64,000 nucleotides of DNA from an uncultured Chloroflexia bacterium (GTDB lineage: Bacteria; Chloroflexota; Anaerolineae; B4-G1; SLSP01). The position numbers and the translations under genes were made by a program. Where the stretch lies: positions 1-64,000 of the forward strand of contig CAVVUS010000019.1 of assembly GCA_963751345.1 (NCBI GenBank). The letters run 5' to 3'. Positions 1-11,374 of the stretch are shown one piece after another (the stretch's first letter is position 1; every line of letters starts with the position of its first letter). A model generated the notes under the pieces. The model saw only the letters and a program-made list of their open reading frames with translations. It searched no databases and was not told the origin of the DNA.

Positions 1-12
1 AACGTTTCTCCC

Positions 13-58
13 AGTATAGACAACGCCCGTTCCGAGAACGTTACGAACAGCGTTACGA
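13..58 (-). promoter_or_regulatory. Candidate SARP/OmpR-type direct-repeat operator plus -10 element of a divergent promoter
   Basis: CGTTCCGA (28), CGTTACGA (39), CGTTACGA (51) repeat at 11-12 bp spacing. On the minus strand they end 9 nt upstream of TATACT (18-13). Confidence 0.5.
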
Positions 59-72
59 GATTTTTCCCCTGA

Positions 73-100
73 TTGACGCCTTTCTGTTTGCCACTACAAT
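73..100 (+). promoter_or_regulatory. Sigma70-like promoter of the BTAD regulator
   Basis: TTGACG-N16-TACAAT, followed by a GGAGG RBS and ATG at 120. Confidence 0.55.
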
Positions 101-119
101 GGATGCGTGGAGGGTCTCA

Positions 120-3100
120 ATGTCCAACCTGAGGCTATTTCTACTCGGCCAGCCGCGTTTTGAACGCGATGGCCAGCCACTCACATTCGACACGCGCAAG
201 AACGTCGCTCTCGTTGCTTACCTGGCGTTGACGGGAGGACGCTATTCCCGTGAGACGCTGATCACCTTGCTGTGGCCCGAGCTTGAGCCGCGTCGCGCAC
301 GTGCGGTGTTACGGCGCAATCTCTCGGTGCTCGGAAAAGCGCTTGGCGGCGAGTGGCTCGTTGTGGACGGCGACGAGATCGGCACAGATCCCGGCGCCGA
401 TTTTTGGCTGGACGTGGATCGGTTTCGTCACCTCTTGTCAACTTGCGGGATGCACGGTCACTCGGATGCCCAGGTTTGCTCCCAATGCCTGGACGCCCTG
501 GCTGAGGCGGTCGAGCTATACCGGGGAGACCTGATGGAGAGCACCGGCCTGCGCGATAGCGCCGCCTTTGACGAGTGGCAGTTCTTTCAGACAGAGAGCT
601 TGCGGGAGGCATTCGCCGTCGCGCTGGAAAAGCTGGTACACGGTCATAGCGCACGCGGCGAGTTTGAGCCTGCTATACGCTACGCCCGGCGCCGGCTGGC
701 CCTGGACCTATTGCACGAACCGGCTCATCGGCACCTGATGCAGCTCTATGCCCGGTCAGGACAGCACGCCGCTGCCTTGCGACAGTACCAGGAGTGCGTT
801 AGCCTCCTCGATCAGGAATTGAGCGCCGCCCCTGACCAGGAAACGACCGACTTGTACGTCCGGATCAAGAACTTTCCGACCCTGATTCCCAGGCATAACC
901 TGCCGAGCCAATCCACACCCTTTATCGGCCGGGAGCCGCTGCTGAACGAGATCAAAGCGCAGATCGCCGCTTCAGATTGCCGGCTGTTAACGCTCTTTGG
1001 ACCGGGCGGCAGTGGCAAGACACGTTTGGCCGTTGAGGCGGCAAGGCAGACTCTGGCCGATGCTCAGCTTGGCCGTTTCCCGGATGGCGTCTTCTTTGTC
1101 CCACTCGCACCGCTCCGGTCGGCAGAGGCCGTCGTACCTACCATAGCCCAGGCGCTTGATCTGCCTCTGCACACTGCCAATCTCCGCCGACAACTGCTTG
1201 ACTACTTGCATCACAAGCATCTGCTGCTCATTCTCGACAATGTCGAACACCTGCTGGGATCAGACGGAATCGTGGAATTGGTCGTCGATATGCTTGACAA
1301 GGCACAGGGCGTACGTATCCTGACGACCTCGCGATTCAGGCTCAACGTGCAGAGTGAATACCTCATTCCCGTTGGTGGGATGGACTACCCCGAGTTGCCG
1401 GCGCCTGCACGGGCAAGCACAGAACATACTTCATCTAGCGCCGGGCCGATCGCCGCCGGGCACAGTGCCGTCGCGCTTTTTTGAATGCCGCTCGCCGTAT
1501 CCAGCCGGGCTACGAACCCACGAACGACGATCTGGCAAGTATCATCCGCATCTGCCAACAGGTGGAAGGGATGCCGTTGGGCATTTTGTTGGCCGCATCG
1601 TGGATTCAGACGATGTCGCTTGCCGAGATCGCCGACCAGATCATAGCCCAGGCATCCGGGCACAGTCTCGGCTTTTTGGAAACCGAGTCGCGCGACGTGC
1701 CGGAGCGCCATCGCAGTATGCGCGCCGTTCTGGATCACTCGTGGGCATTGCTCACCGCGCGCGAGCGCGAGGCGATGCAAGGACTATCCGTGTTTCGGGG
1801 TAGCTTTGCTCGTGAAGCAGCACAGCCGGTCGCCGGGACCACGCTTCCTGAATTGCGTGCGTTGATCAACAAGTCACTGCTCCACTTCCAGCCTTCGGGA
1901 CGATATCACATCCATGAACTGGTGCGGCAATATGTGATCGACAGACTGGCGCAATCTCCTGCAGTTTCAGAGACGATAGGGGATCGTCACTGCGCCTGGT
2001 ATATGACTGCCTTGCAGCGGTGGGCGCTGGACATAAGAGGCTCCCGGCAGCAGGACGGGCTGGCTGACATCGATGCTGAGATCGAGAATGCGCGTGCCGC
2101 TTGGGATTGGGCCGTAGATCACGCCATGATCCCCTCACTGGTCCTGGCACTTGAGGGTCTGTGTTCCTACTATCAGTTGCGCGGACGTCTTGAGGAGGGA
2201 AAAACAGCTTGCCGGTCCGTGGTCGAAAAACTGCAAGACGCTATCGGTGCCGGAGAAGGTGCACCACTCACACATCTCAAAGCTCTATCCGAAGAGATAC
2301 AGCGGCTGCTGGCAAAGGCATTGACCTGGCAAGGTGCTTTTCACCCGGTTGATGGGTTATGCCAGCCTTGCTGAGCCGATTCTGGAGCGGAGTATCGCTC
2401 TCCTGGATGCGCTGGAATCCACCGGCCACGATGTACGGGCAGCACGGGCATTTGCTCTGCTGGAGATGGGATGGCAGATGCTTGACCTGGATCGCGCCCG
2501 CGCCCGGCACTGCTTTGAACAGAGCCTCGATCTGTATCAGGTGCTCGACGATCGCTGGGGTATGGCAGATGCGCTGTATGCGCTGGGATGGCTCATTGAC
2601 GGGCTGGGCAGACTATGATGGGGCGAGACGAGTGCTGGACGAGAGCCTGGCCATACGACAGGCTGTGGGCGACCGGCAAGGTGCGGCCAACTCGCTCGCA
2701 CAGCTTGGGCTGATTGCCCTGCGCGTGGGACAACTCGAGCAAGGCGACAACCTGCTCCGGCAGAGTATCACTCTGCTGCGGGAAATGGGCGAGCGTGTCG
2801 GCCTGCCCTGGAGACTGCACTTGTTGGGGTTCGCTGCGTTCCTCCGGGGTCGGTTCGAGCAAGGGATCGCCATACAAGAGGAGTGTCTCGCTATCGCCTC
2901 CGACCTGGCGCTTGGGCACGATCAGGGGATGGCACTGCATGCGTTGGGGACCTACCACGCTATGTTGGGCCGGTACGAGCAGGCACGTGCGTATGCCACC
3001 ACTGGACTGGCACACGCACGCGCGTTGGTCGATCCGTACGTGATCGGAGCCACGTGCCTTGCGCTGGGCCTCATTTCACTGGCGCAAGAGGATTACGTCA

Positions 3101-3543
3101 ATGCTCAAGAGTGGTTCGAGCAAAGCCTTGCCGCGTATCACGAGATGGGGCAGCAAGATGCGCAGAGCTGGTCACTCGCATTCCTGGGATATGCGGCATT
3201 AGGGATGAATGACCTGACACGATCTCGGCGCTATCTCTATCAGGCGCTGCAAATGGGCGTCGAAGCAGATGCGTTCCTGTCGATTGTGGTCGCCCTGTCA
3301 GGAATCACACTACTCCTGGCCCGCCTTGACGATGTGGACCGTGCTGTGGAACTGTGGGCACTGCTGTCACGTTATCCATTGGTCGCTAATGCACTGTGGT
3401 TTCAGAGTGTAGTCGGCCGGCCCATTGCCGCTGCTGCCGCGCCGCTGCCGCCAGAGACGGTTGCCGCAGCGAAAGAACGAGCCTTGCTCCGCGACCTGAG
3501 TAATACTGCCACAGAGATGCTGACGCAGCTAGGCACGCCATAG
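120..3543 (+). CDS. AfsR/SARP-family transcriptional regulator (wHTH-BTAD, NB-ARC-like ATPase, TPR); frameshifted
   Basis: N-terminal LRLFLLG/ALVAYLA/LYRG/EPAHRHLM BTAD signature, Walker A GPGGSGKT, Walker B LLILDNVEH, GMPLGI, C-terminal TPR helices. Spread over ORFs 99-1484, 1481-2374, 2334-2618, 2359-3543. Confidence 0.9.
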
Positions 3544-3555
3544 TCAGAGGTTCCC

Positions 3556-3635
3556 AAGTGCCAGGCACTCGCGCCTCGGACGGCGTAGCGCCTCGGACGG
3601 CGTAGCGCCGCAGAAGGCGGGAAGTGCCAGGCACT
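3556..3635. repeat. Two AAGTGCCAGGCACT palindromes flanking a 17-bp tandem duplication
   Basis: AAGTGCCAGGCACT at 3556-3569 and 3622-3635; GCGCCTCGGACGGCGTA twice at 3571-3604; lies between convergent genes. Confidence 0.75.
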
Positions 3636-3647
3636 GCGGAATGAAAC

Positions 3648-5016
3648 TCAATACCCCAGCTGTTTCTGCACCTCGGCGATGGACTCCTCGATGATGTCCA
3701 TCGCGCGCTCGGCGACGTCGTCAGGCATCACCAGCGGAGGGCTCATCCGCAGGATGTGGCCTGCAGGGATCCAGGCGAGGCCCTTGCGGAAGGCGGTCTG
3801 GTAGACGAGCTTCCCGGCCTCGTCGAACGGCTCCTTGGTGGCCTTGTCCTTGACCAGCTCCACGCCCATCAGGCAGCCCTTGACCCGGGTGTCGCCTACG
3901 ATGGCGTACCTGGTCGACCAGTCGGCCATCCGCCGGGCGAAAAGCGCCTCCAGGTCGCGAACGTGCTCGAGGATGCCCTCCTCCTCCACGACCTCGATGC
4001 TCGCCAGCGCCGCGGCGCAGGCCATCGGGTTTCCGCCGTAACTGGTGGAGGCGCTGATCTTGTCGACGGCGTCGGCGTAGGGCTCGCGCACCACCATCGC
4101 GGTGACCGGGAAGCCGTTGCCTAACCCCTTGCCCAGCGTCACCACGTCGGGCACCACATCCCAATGCTCGGTGCAGAGGTAGGTACCCGTGCGCCCCATG
4201 CCGGTGAGCACTTCGTCGGCGAAGAGCAGGATGCCGCGCGCGTCGAGGAAGGCGCGCAGCTTGGGGAAGAAGTCGTCGGGCGGCATGATGGTGCCGCCCC
4301 AGCCCTGGATCGGCTCCAGGACGAAGGCCGCGATCCGGCCCGTGGTGCTCTCGCGGATGAAGGTGTCGTAGAAGTCGAGATAGCGCTCGGTGTCGAGCGA
4401 GCCGTCGGCGCGCGTCCACCAGGGCCGGTAGGTGTCGGGCCGCGGGACCATGTAGAAGCCCGGCGCACGGGTGGGGCCGTAGAAGGGGTTCATCCGGGCG
4501 AGGCTGACGGCGTGTCCCGTCTTGCCGTGGAAGTCCATGAAGCAACTGATGAACTCGTGCTTGCCCGTCGCCGCCCGGCAGGTGCGCAAGCCCGCCTCGA
4601 CGGCGGTCGTGCCGCTGTCGTAGAGCTGCACGCCGGCAAGGTCGCCCGGCAGGACGTCGATCAGGCGCTCCAGCAGCTGCACCTTGATCCGCGTGGTGAA
4701 ATCGTGCGCGTTCATGAGGGTGTGGGCGTAGGTGGCGACCGCCTCGGCGACCTTGGGGTGGCAGTGGCCCAGGTTCGTCACGTAGATGCCGCTGGAGAAG
4801 TCGATGTAGCGGTTGCCGTCGGCATCGGTGAGCGTGCAGCCCTTACCGCTCTCGAAGGCGACCGGGAAGAGCCGCACCTGCCCGGAAAGCCCCTTGATGA
4901 ACTTGCTCGCCCGGGCGTGGAGCGCGTTGCTTTCCGGGCCGGGCAGCGTGTCGGTGCCGATGTAGGGAACACTGTGTCAGATCGACTGCGTACTTCGTGG
5001 GGTCATAGTGGCTCAT
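3648..5016 (-). CDS. Class-III PLP-dependent aminotransferase (GABA/ornithine aminotransferase-like); frameshift near the N-terminus
   Basis: GNRYIDF, FHG, EPIQG, FADEVLTGMGRTG, PDVVTLGKGLGNG (PLP Lys), SYGGNP. Likely start MSHYDPTK at 5016. Confidence 0.9.
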
Positions 5017-5045
5017 GGTTCTCGTTCTTTCACTTGCTGTGCCTC

Positions 5046-6478
5046 TCACTGTGCGAAGGTTTCCGCAGCCTGCGCAGAGTGAGCGAAGAAGCGAGCTCTG
5101 CTCTTCGCATCCGTGATCGTGCGCCATTCTCTATTCTTGGAATTCTCCGAAATCTTCGCAAGTTTGGACATGCTCTCCATCATCTCGACCGCCTTCGTGA
5201 CGAGGATGTCTCCTGCCTCCGGAAGGAAGAGGCTGATCCCCGCCTCGTAGCCTGCGGCGTCAGGGCGTGACGATGTAGCCCTGCAGGTCGCCGTTGGCCA
5301 GGCTGATGACAAAGGCGCGGCGCGGCGCGCGGGCCTTGATGGCCAGCCCGTACTCGACGAAGAGCTCGCCGGGCAGGCCCACGAGGCAGGTGTCGCCCAC
5401 ACGGAAGACCTGGACCTCGGCGGGCGTGTAGCGGTCGACCAGCGCGGCGATTTCGCCCTGTGCCTGGGCGCGGGCCAGGGTCACGCGCTCCTCGGCGCCA
5501 AAGACCGCGACCTCAGCCGTGCGCAGGGGGCCGTGGGGCGCGCCGGCGTGGCGGAGGCTGGTCGTAGATCTCGCGAGCCTCATGCAGCATCGCCTCAGCC
5601 TCTGCGACTGAGCGGGAAGGTGCGAGCCGGCAGCGTGACGAAGTCCTGGGCGGCTGCGATCGGGAGATCCGTGGTGTAGTCGTCATCTCGGAGCGCTTCG
5701 ACCGCAGAGAGCACCGCCTGCCCCGAGCATCGTACCCAGCCGGTCGGCCTCGGCGAAGGTCTGCCCCGTCACGAAGTAGCGCGGGCTCTGGTTTCCGCTG
5801 GGTCCGGTGTGGTAGATCGTGGTGAGGTCCGGGAAGCGCTCGGCCAGGAAGGCGCGCGCGGCGCCCGGAAAGTCGGCGGTGATGGCGGTCGAGTCCTCGT
5901 GGAGCACGGTGGGGTGCATGCTGTAGACCAGGTCGAGTGCGACAAGGCTGCCCCTGTTCCGCGTCGCGCACGGCGAGGATGCCCACCTCGGGATCGCTCG
6001 GGCCGTCCTTGGCGTGGCGGTTGCCGCCTACGCCGCGGGCCTCCGCTGTGGTGATCGCAATGCGGGCCGGGCGGGCATTCGCCTGTGCCTCGGCGGCAGC
6101 ATCGCGGATGCCCTGACAGACCCGGGCAAGGTACTCCGTATCGATCGGCGGCACCACGGGGTCGTCACGAAAAGCCAGGACCTCAGCCGTGACCGGGGCC
6201 GAGTGCGTGTGCGTCGCGCTGATGAGGATGTGGTCCTCGGGCACGCCGGTGGCGGCGGTGACCTCACGGCGGAAGTCGCGGGCCGTGTCGGGTGAGAACA
6301 TCAGCACATCCACCGAAATCAGCAGCACGGCCTGCGAGCCGTCGTGGAGGTAGAGGGCCGACGCCGTCAGGCGGTCGTGGACCATCGTGGCCATCCTCGG
6401 CACGTGGGGATAGCCGTAGAGGAACATGGGCTCCCGCGGCGTAATATCGTGATTGGCAGCACCGGCGATCAATGGCAT
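5046..6478 (-). CDS. Neutral/alkaline ceramidase-like amidohydrolase; frameshifted, 3' end uncertain
   Basis: DITP, GY, HDRL, ATHTHSAP, DPEV, HPT, ADFPG, GNQSP, LPGELF motifs over ORFs 5513-6478, 5683-5919, 5260-5583, 5046-5402. Confidence 0.8.
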
Positions 6479-6525
6479 CGTGCCCTCCTATCCTGGCTTC
6501 TCCCCCGGCTGGGGATCTCCATCTG

Positions 6526-6636
6526 TGGACCGCGGGCGTCTCGCCCGCTCGGGGGCACACGAGGGCAACCGCGACGTGGCACCAGCCGTCTGCGCACTGC
6601 TCCGGTCGCCAGAGCGGGCGAGACGCCCGCGGTCCA
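6526..6636. repeat. REPIN/MITE-like element with 25-bp perfect terminal inverted repeats
   Basis: TGGACCGCGGGCGTCTCGCCCGCTC (6526-6550) and its reverse complement (6612-6636). Each arm is itself a hairpin. A homologue is at 9811-9957. Confidence 0.85.
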
Positions 6637-6682
6637 ACCCTGCCGACCAACCGGGAACCTCGACTTCATAGCCATAGGCATT

Positions 6683-6716
6683 CCCCCTCCCCGGCCCTCC
6701 CCCACGGGGGAGGGAG
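6683..6716. repeat. C-rich/G-rich palindromic repeat
   Basis: CCCCCTCCCCGGCCCTCCCCCACGGGGGAGGGAG contains a CCCTCCCCC/GGGGGAGGG hairpin; intergenic. Confidence 0.55.
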
Positions 6717-6723
6717 TCTAGAA

Positions 6724-8112
6724 TCACGTGTTGAGCCTCACGGGCTGCAGTCCCGGCACGAAGCGGCAGGCCTCCACGAGGGCGGCGGCATAGTGTCCGT
6801 AGGCCATTGCCAGGTGATGCGGGAAAGGGCCTTCGATGAGCGTCCGCTCCCAGTGGGGCCAGTTGTCGACCGCCATCCACACGTAGTTATTCTGCGTCGG
6901 CGGTCCGTCGGTGGAGTGCCCCTCGCCAACCGCCAGCCGGTAGTCCCCGACCTCGCCGTCGAACCGCGCCACGGTGATGGGCCCATCCTTCAGGCGAAAG
7001 TGGGTCATGCCCGACAGCGGGCTCGGCAGGATCCAGTGATGCCCGATCTTCACCTCGGCGTCAGGATGGCGCAGCGAGAGCGGGGCGCCTGCGTGCCAGA
7101 GCATCGCGGCGTTGTCGTCGGTGGGGTGGCGTACCGTGAACTCGGCGAGCCAGACCGGGTCGTGCCCGAAGGTGGCGCGCCTGAGCAGCGCGCCCGTAAT
7201 GGCGCCGTGGACGTCCGATTCGAGCGCGAAGGCATGGCGCTCGGCGACCTCGCCCTCGGCGAAGATGCAGTAGGCGCCCATCGCGTCGACCACCGACATA
7301 AAGGTCTGAAAGGCGATGGCCTCCAGTCCGTTGTCCTCGGCAAGCGCCAGGATCTGGTCGCGGACCGCCAGCACATTGATCAGCGCAGGATCAGCCAGCC
7401 CCTCGATCTCGAAGGCCTGCCGCATTTCAGCGACCTCGTGCTCGTAGCGGGCGCGATCGGCAAGCGCGCGCTGTTTTGCGGCCTGGATGAACTCGACCAT
7501 ATCGAAGGGCTGCACCTCGACGTTGAAGCGCTGCAGGAGCTCGCTCTCGTTGACGATGGTCGACCAGAAGAAGTCGATCCGTTGGCCGATCAGGCCGACG
7601 CGTAACCCGCTGCGCAGGGCATCGGCGACGTTGGCAGCGCGGAGGAAGGTGTCGACGCCGGCCTCGAAAGCCGGGTCGTCGACGCGGCAGTTCTCGATAT
7701 AGCTGAAGGGGACCCGGAGCTTGGTCAGCACCCGGCTGGAGGCGAAGAGCCCGCAAAGCGTGTCGCGGAGTCGCGTCCCGTCGGGCAAGGGGGCCTCGTC
7801 GCGCGGCCCCCAGAGCAGGACCGGCACGTCGAGCTTCTTGGCGATCATGCCGACCGCGCCCTCGGTGCCGAAGTTACAGTGGGGCATGAAGAGCGCCTTG
7901 ACCCCGGCCCGGCGAAAGTGGGCGACGGCTGCATCCACGTGGGCCTGGTCCTTGACGAGCCCGTCCTCCAGCACGCCTTCGAGGTCGACGAAGGGGACAT
8001 CCCAGGCCCGTAGCTTCTCCTGGATGGCGCGTTTCTGGCGGACGGCGTCCTCGTTGGAGAAGACGAACTTGCCGATGGGGCAAAGGCCGAGCAGCGGCGG
8101 ACTATGGGTCAT
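6724..8112 (-). CDS. L-fucose/L-arabinose isomerase family protein
   Basis: Intact 462-aa ORF with NFGTE, LLWGPRD, RDTLCG, ESDVHG, WHAG and PFPHH motifs. Confidence 0.85.
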   Translation of the reverse strand: MTHSPPLLGLCPIGKFVFSNEDAVRQKRAIQEKLRAWDVPFVDLEGVLEDGLVKDQAHVDAAVAHFRRAGVKALFMPHCNFGTEGAVGMIAKKLDVPVLLWGPRDEAPLPDGTRLRDTLCGLFASSRVLTKLRVPFSYIENCRVDDPAFEAGVDTFLRAANVADALRSGLRVGLIGQRIDFFWSTIVNESELLQRFNVEVQPFDMVEFIQAAKQRALADRARYEHEVAEMRQAFEIEGLADPALINVLAVRDQILALAEDNGLEAIAFQTFMSVVDAMGAYCIFAEGEVAERHAFALESDVHGAITGALLRRATFGHDPVWLAEFTVRHPTDDNAAMLWHAGAPLSLRHPDAEVKIGHHWILPSPLSGMTHFRLKDGPITVARFDGEVGDYRLAVGEGHSTDGPPTQNNYVWMAVDNWPHWERTLIEGPFPHHLAMAYGHYAAALVEACRFVPGLQPVRLNT

Positions 8113-8153
8113 CCTATCCCTCCAACGTACACTGGTGTGACGATTGATCGAGG

Positions 8154-8225
8154 CTGCGGATCGCAGATCCGCAGGGAACCGAAGACTCCCACCACCGTGT
8201 TCCGGACGGATCTATGATCCGTCCG
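8154..8225. repeat. Dispersed doublet of the GTTC-footed REP family found next to the RAYT
   Basis: CTGCGGATC-GCA-GATCCGCAG-G-GAAC, 19 nt, then GTTC-CGGACGGATC-TAT-GATCCGTCCG. Same architecture as the units at 22923-24101. Confidence 0.85.
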
Positions 8226-8274
8226 GCGGCTGCATACGCCCGCTGATGACTCCCGGATCCGCAAGACGCCCCGC

Positions 8275-9744
8275 CTATCGGTTCTGGCTCCAACTCTCGT
8301 ACAGCGCCTGGTAGTATTTTACCCCCGCCGGCCGTCGGACGATAGATGGGCCGATCGTGCGCTGCTGCTTCGGCGAGGAGGGGCCGGGCGAAGTGGGGGG
8401 CGTCTGCCGTCGCCAACGCCGCAGCGCCGGTGCGGGCGTCGCCGGTGCCGCGGCGGACGGGGCAGCCGAGGATGTCGGCCAGCCGTTGGAGCCAGAAGCT
8501 GCTGCGGCTCCCGCCGCCGATGGCCGTGATGAGGGCGGGGCGACGGCGTGACCTCGAGGTCCTCGAAGATGAGCCGGCGCAGTGAGAAGCCAATGCCCTC
8601 CAGGACGGCGAGGGCCCGACGCGAGGGGCCGGTGGGGCCGATCCAGGCGCCGGGGGTGGCCATTCTGGCGGGATAGAAACACCCCGCATCGGCGCAGGTG
8701 GGGGGTCTCCCGGTCGCCGCGGCCTGCTGCCGCGACCTCGACTGAAGGCCTCGACACCGGCGCCGGGCATCAGGTGGGCGCGTGCCCAATCCAGCGCCAG
8801 GCAGCCGTGGTTGCGCACGCCCAGCTCGTAGTAGCCGCCGCCGGGGTAGGGGCCCCAGCACCCGAGATGGCTGTAGGGGCCCGGCTGCGCTTCCGGCGTA
8901 GCGATAGGCCACGAGGGCCGTGCCGAGCGTGACCACCCAATCACCCTCGCCGCAGCCATTGCCGAAGGCGCCCGCGGTCTGGTCGTTGCCCGCCAGCACG
9001 ATCTCCAGGTCCTCACGGAGAGGTGAGCTCAGGGCAAATCCGTGACGTGCCTGCAATGGCGTGCCCATCGGCGCGATGCCGGGGAGCTGGGCTGCGGAGA
9101 GACCGCAAGGATCAAGCGCCTCGCGCCACCACGTCCCTTGTTGCAGGCTGTAGAGCCCGCTCATCGCGGCGAGGTTGGCATCGGTGACGGCCAGACCTGC
9201 CAGCCGTGAGAGGATGTAGGAGGGCAGGAGGGTCAGGTGCGCCGCCCCGGCGAGCGTGTCGGGGACATCGTGGCGCATCCACAGCACTTTGGTCAGGGCC
9301 ATCTCCGCCATCCCGCTGGAGAAGCTACAATGGCTGTGGAAGTCGCGGCCCAAGGACACGGCGATCTCACCGGCGTAGGGCGCCCCGCGGGTGTCGAGCC
9401 AGCTCACGAACGGTGTGAGCGGCTGACCGTCGGCATCGAGCAGGGCGAAGGTCTGTGCCTGGCTGGCTATGGCGATGCGATCGACCTCGCCCGGCTCGAT
9501 GCTCCCGGCGGCGCACGTCTCGCGGATCAGGCGGACGGTGGCCTGCCAGATGGTCCTCGACGTCCAGTTCGACGTGCGAGATCCCGGCGGGCGTCGTCTC
9601 GTTGACGGCGTAGACCACCGGCACGCTGCCCTCGGCGATGCAGCCACGGTCGGCGTGGAAAAGCGCGGCCTTGAGGTTGGTCGAGCCGAGATCCAGCGCG
9701 AGGAGATACGTGACGCTGCGCGATGAGAGATCACCGGAGACCAC
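8275..9744 (-). CDS. FGGY-family carbohydrate kinase (xylulokinase-like); frameshifted
   Basis: LALDLGSTNLKAA, WLDTRG, AGNDQTAG, TLGT, AVLEGI and GGGSRSSFWLQRLAD across several frames. Confidence 0.85.
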
Positions 9745-9810
9745 GTGCCCCCCACCTTTTCTCTTCTGCGATAGCGTTGCGCGCCACGGGCACGGTCTCA
9801 GCCGCTCCGC

Positions 9811-9957
9811 TGGACCGCGGGCGTCTCGCCCGCAAGCACACGGGCACAGCTACGACGGGGCAGCAACTACCTGCGCACTGTTCCTCGTCGCCAGAGCGGG
9901 CGAGATGCCCGCGGTCCGCATGGCGTCACTGCCCATGGGCGAGACGCCCGCGGTCCA
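9811..9957. repeat. Second copy of the TGGACCGCGGGCGTCTCGCCCGC element, with a duplicated right arm
   Basis: Left arm 9811-9833; inverted arms 9894-9917 and 9937-9957. The spacer is recognisably homologous to that at 6551-6611. Confidence 0.85.
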
Positions 9958-9978
9958 GTATCGTCGGACTCTGATCGA

Positions 9979-11342
9979 TCACGCGGCACTCTCTTGAGGT
10001 GTCCCGATCGTTATCAACGCGACGGCGTGGGCGTCGAGGCGGGCGGTGAGCGCGGCGGTGGGTCCGCCGATGTATCCACGCTCCACGACCTCAAGGTCGC
10101 TCGCCGCGTCCACGATGGCCGCATGGTAGCTCAACCGCGCGGCGGGCAGGCCAGTGATCTGCACCTCGACCGGGCCCTCTGTCCCCGCGAAGTTGCTGAT
10201 CGAGGATCGCCATGCGGCCCGTCGCGGGATCGGCGGCGGCGAGACACCGCAGCGCCGCGTCGCCGTCGACGCCGGCGCTCACCCGCGCGGGATAGTCCAG
10301 CAGGCTTCGGAAGGCCTTCATCGCGTAGAAGGTCTTCTGCGGCACCCCGTAGGTAGTCGAAGAGTCCACAGAAGAGGGCCATGGGCTGCCCATCGTAGTA
10401 GGTCGCGACGTCCACCGGCGCATCCTGGAGCCGGATGAGCGTGTCCGCCACGAAGCCGGCGCCGACCTCGTTCTTCTGCTGCTCGAAGGCCTCGCGCCGG
10501 GCGCGCTCCTTGCCCGGTCCCCAGATGTCCCAGTTGGCCGGGCCGTAGTTCCACTCGTTGAGGTGGCTCTCCACATCGGCATACCCGTGACGCGCCATCG
10601 TCTGGTGGACGTCCCACGCGTGCGCCTCGATGACGGCGGGATCCGTCGTGTATTTGTGCCACGAGACGAAGTCGAGCGGGCATGCGTGCGCCCTGCAGTA
10701 GGCCAGGAAACGATCGAGGAAGGTGGCCTGGGGGTGGGGCGGCTCGTACCGCGCGGTCGCGGGCCCGCCGACCTTGATGGCGGGGTTGTGCGCCTTGAGC
10801 AGCGTCGACGTCACCCGGTAGAGCTCGAAATACTGCTCGTCGGTGCCCGACCACATGTGGTCGCCGATGTCGGCCTCGTTCCAGACCTCCCAATACGCGA
10901 CGCGGTCATGGGTGCCGCCGGCCCAGCCCTCGTTGTAGTGCCTGACGATCCCAAGGCAGATCCGCGCCCATTGGTCGAAGTCGACGGGTGGGTCGGTGTA
11001 GATCTTGCGCTCGGTGTGCTCGATGCTGACGCCGAGGCGGTAGATGATCTTCGCGCCGGTCTCGACGATCTTCTGGAGATAGTCGTCCGTCTGGCCGAAG
11101 TCGTAACTCGCCGGGTCGTCCGGGTCGGCGCTGAAGTCCGGGAAGACCTGTGGGATGTCGACCTCGCGTGGGTGGGGCCAGTTGGGGTCGTGGAGCCGAA
11201 CGTAGGGCACGGCAAGGTCACGATAGAGGTGCGACACGTCGACCAGCGTCCCATAGCCCACCGGCCCGTTGTTGACGCCCTGCAACGGCTTGATCCTCCC
11301 CGTGGTCTGACCCAGGTTCACACGAATCACGCGATCACCCAT
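9979..11342 (-). CDS. Glycoside hydrolase, GH39-like (beta-xylosidase/iduronidase clan); frameshifted
   Basis: VRLHD, YWEVWNEAD (acid/base), KVGGPA, LDFVSWHKY, HLNEWN (nucleophile). Confidence 0.85.
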
Positions 11343-11374
11343 CTTGGCCTCCCTTCTCCTGAGCTATGTCCCGC

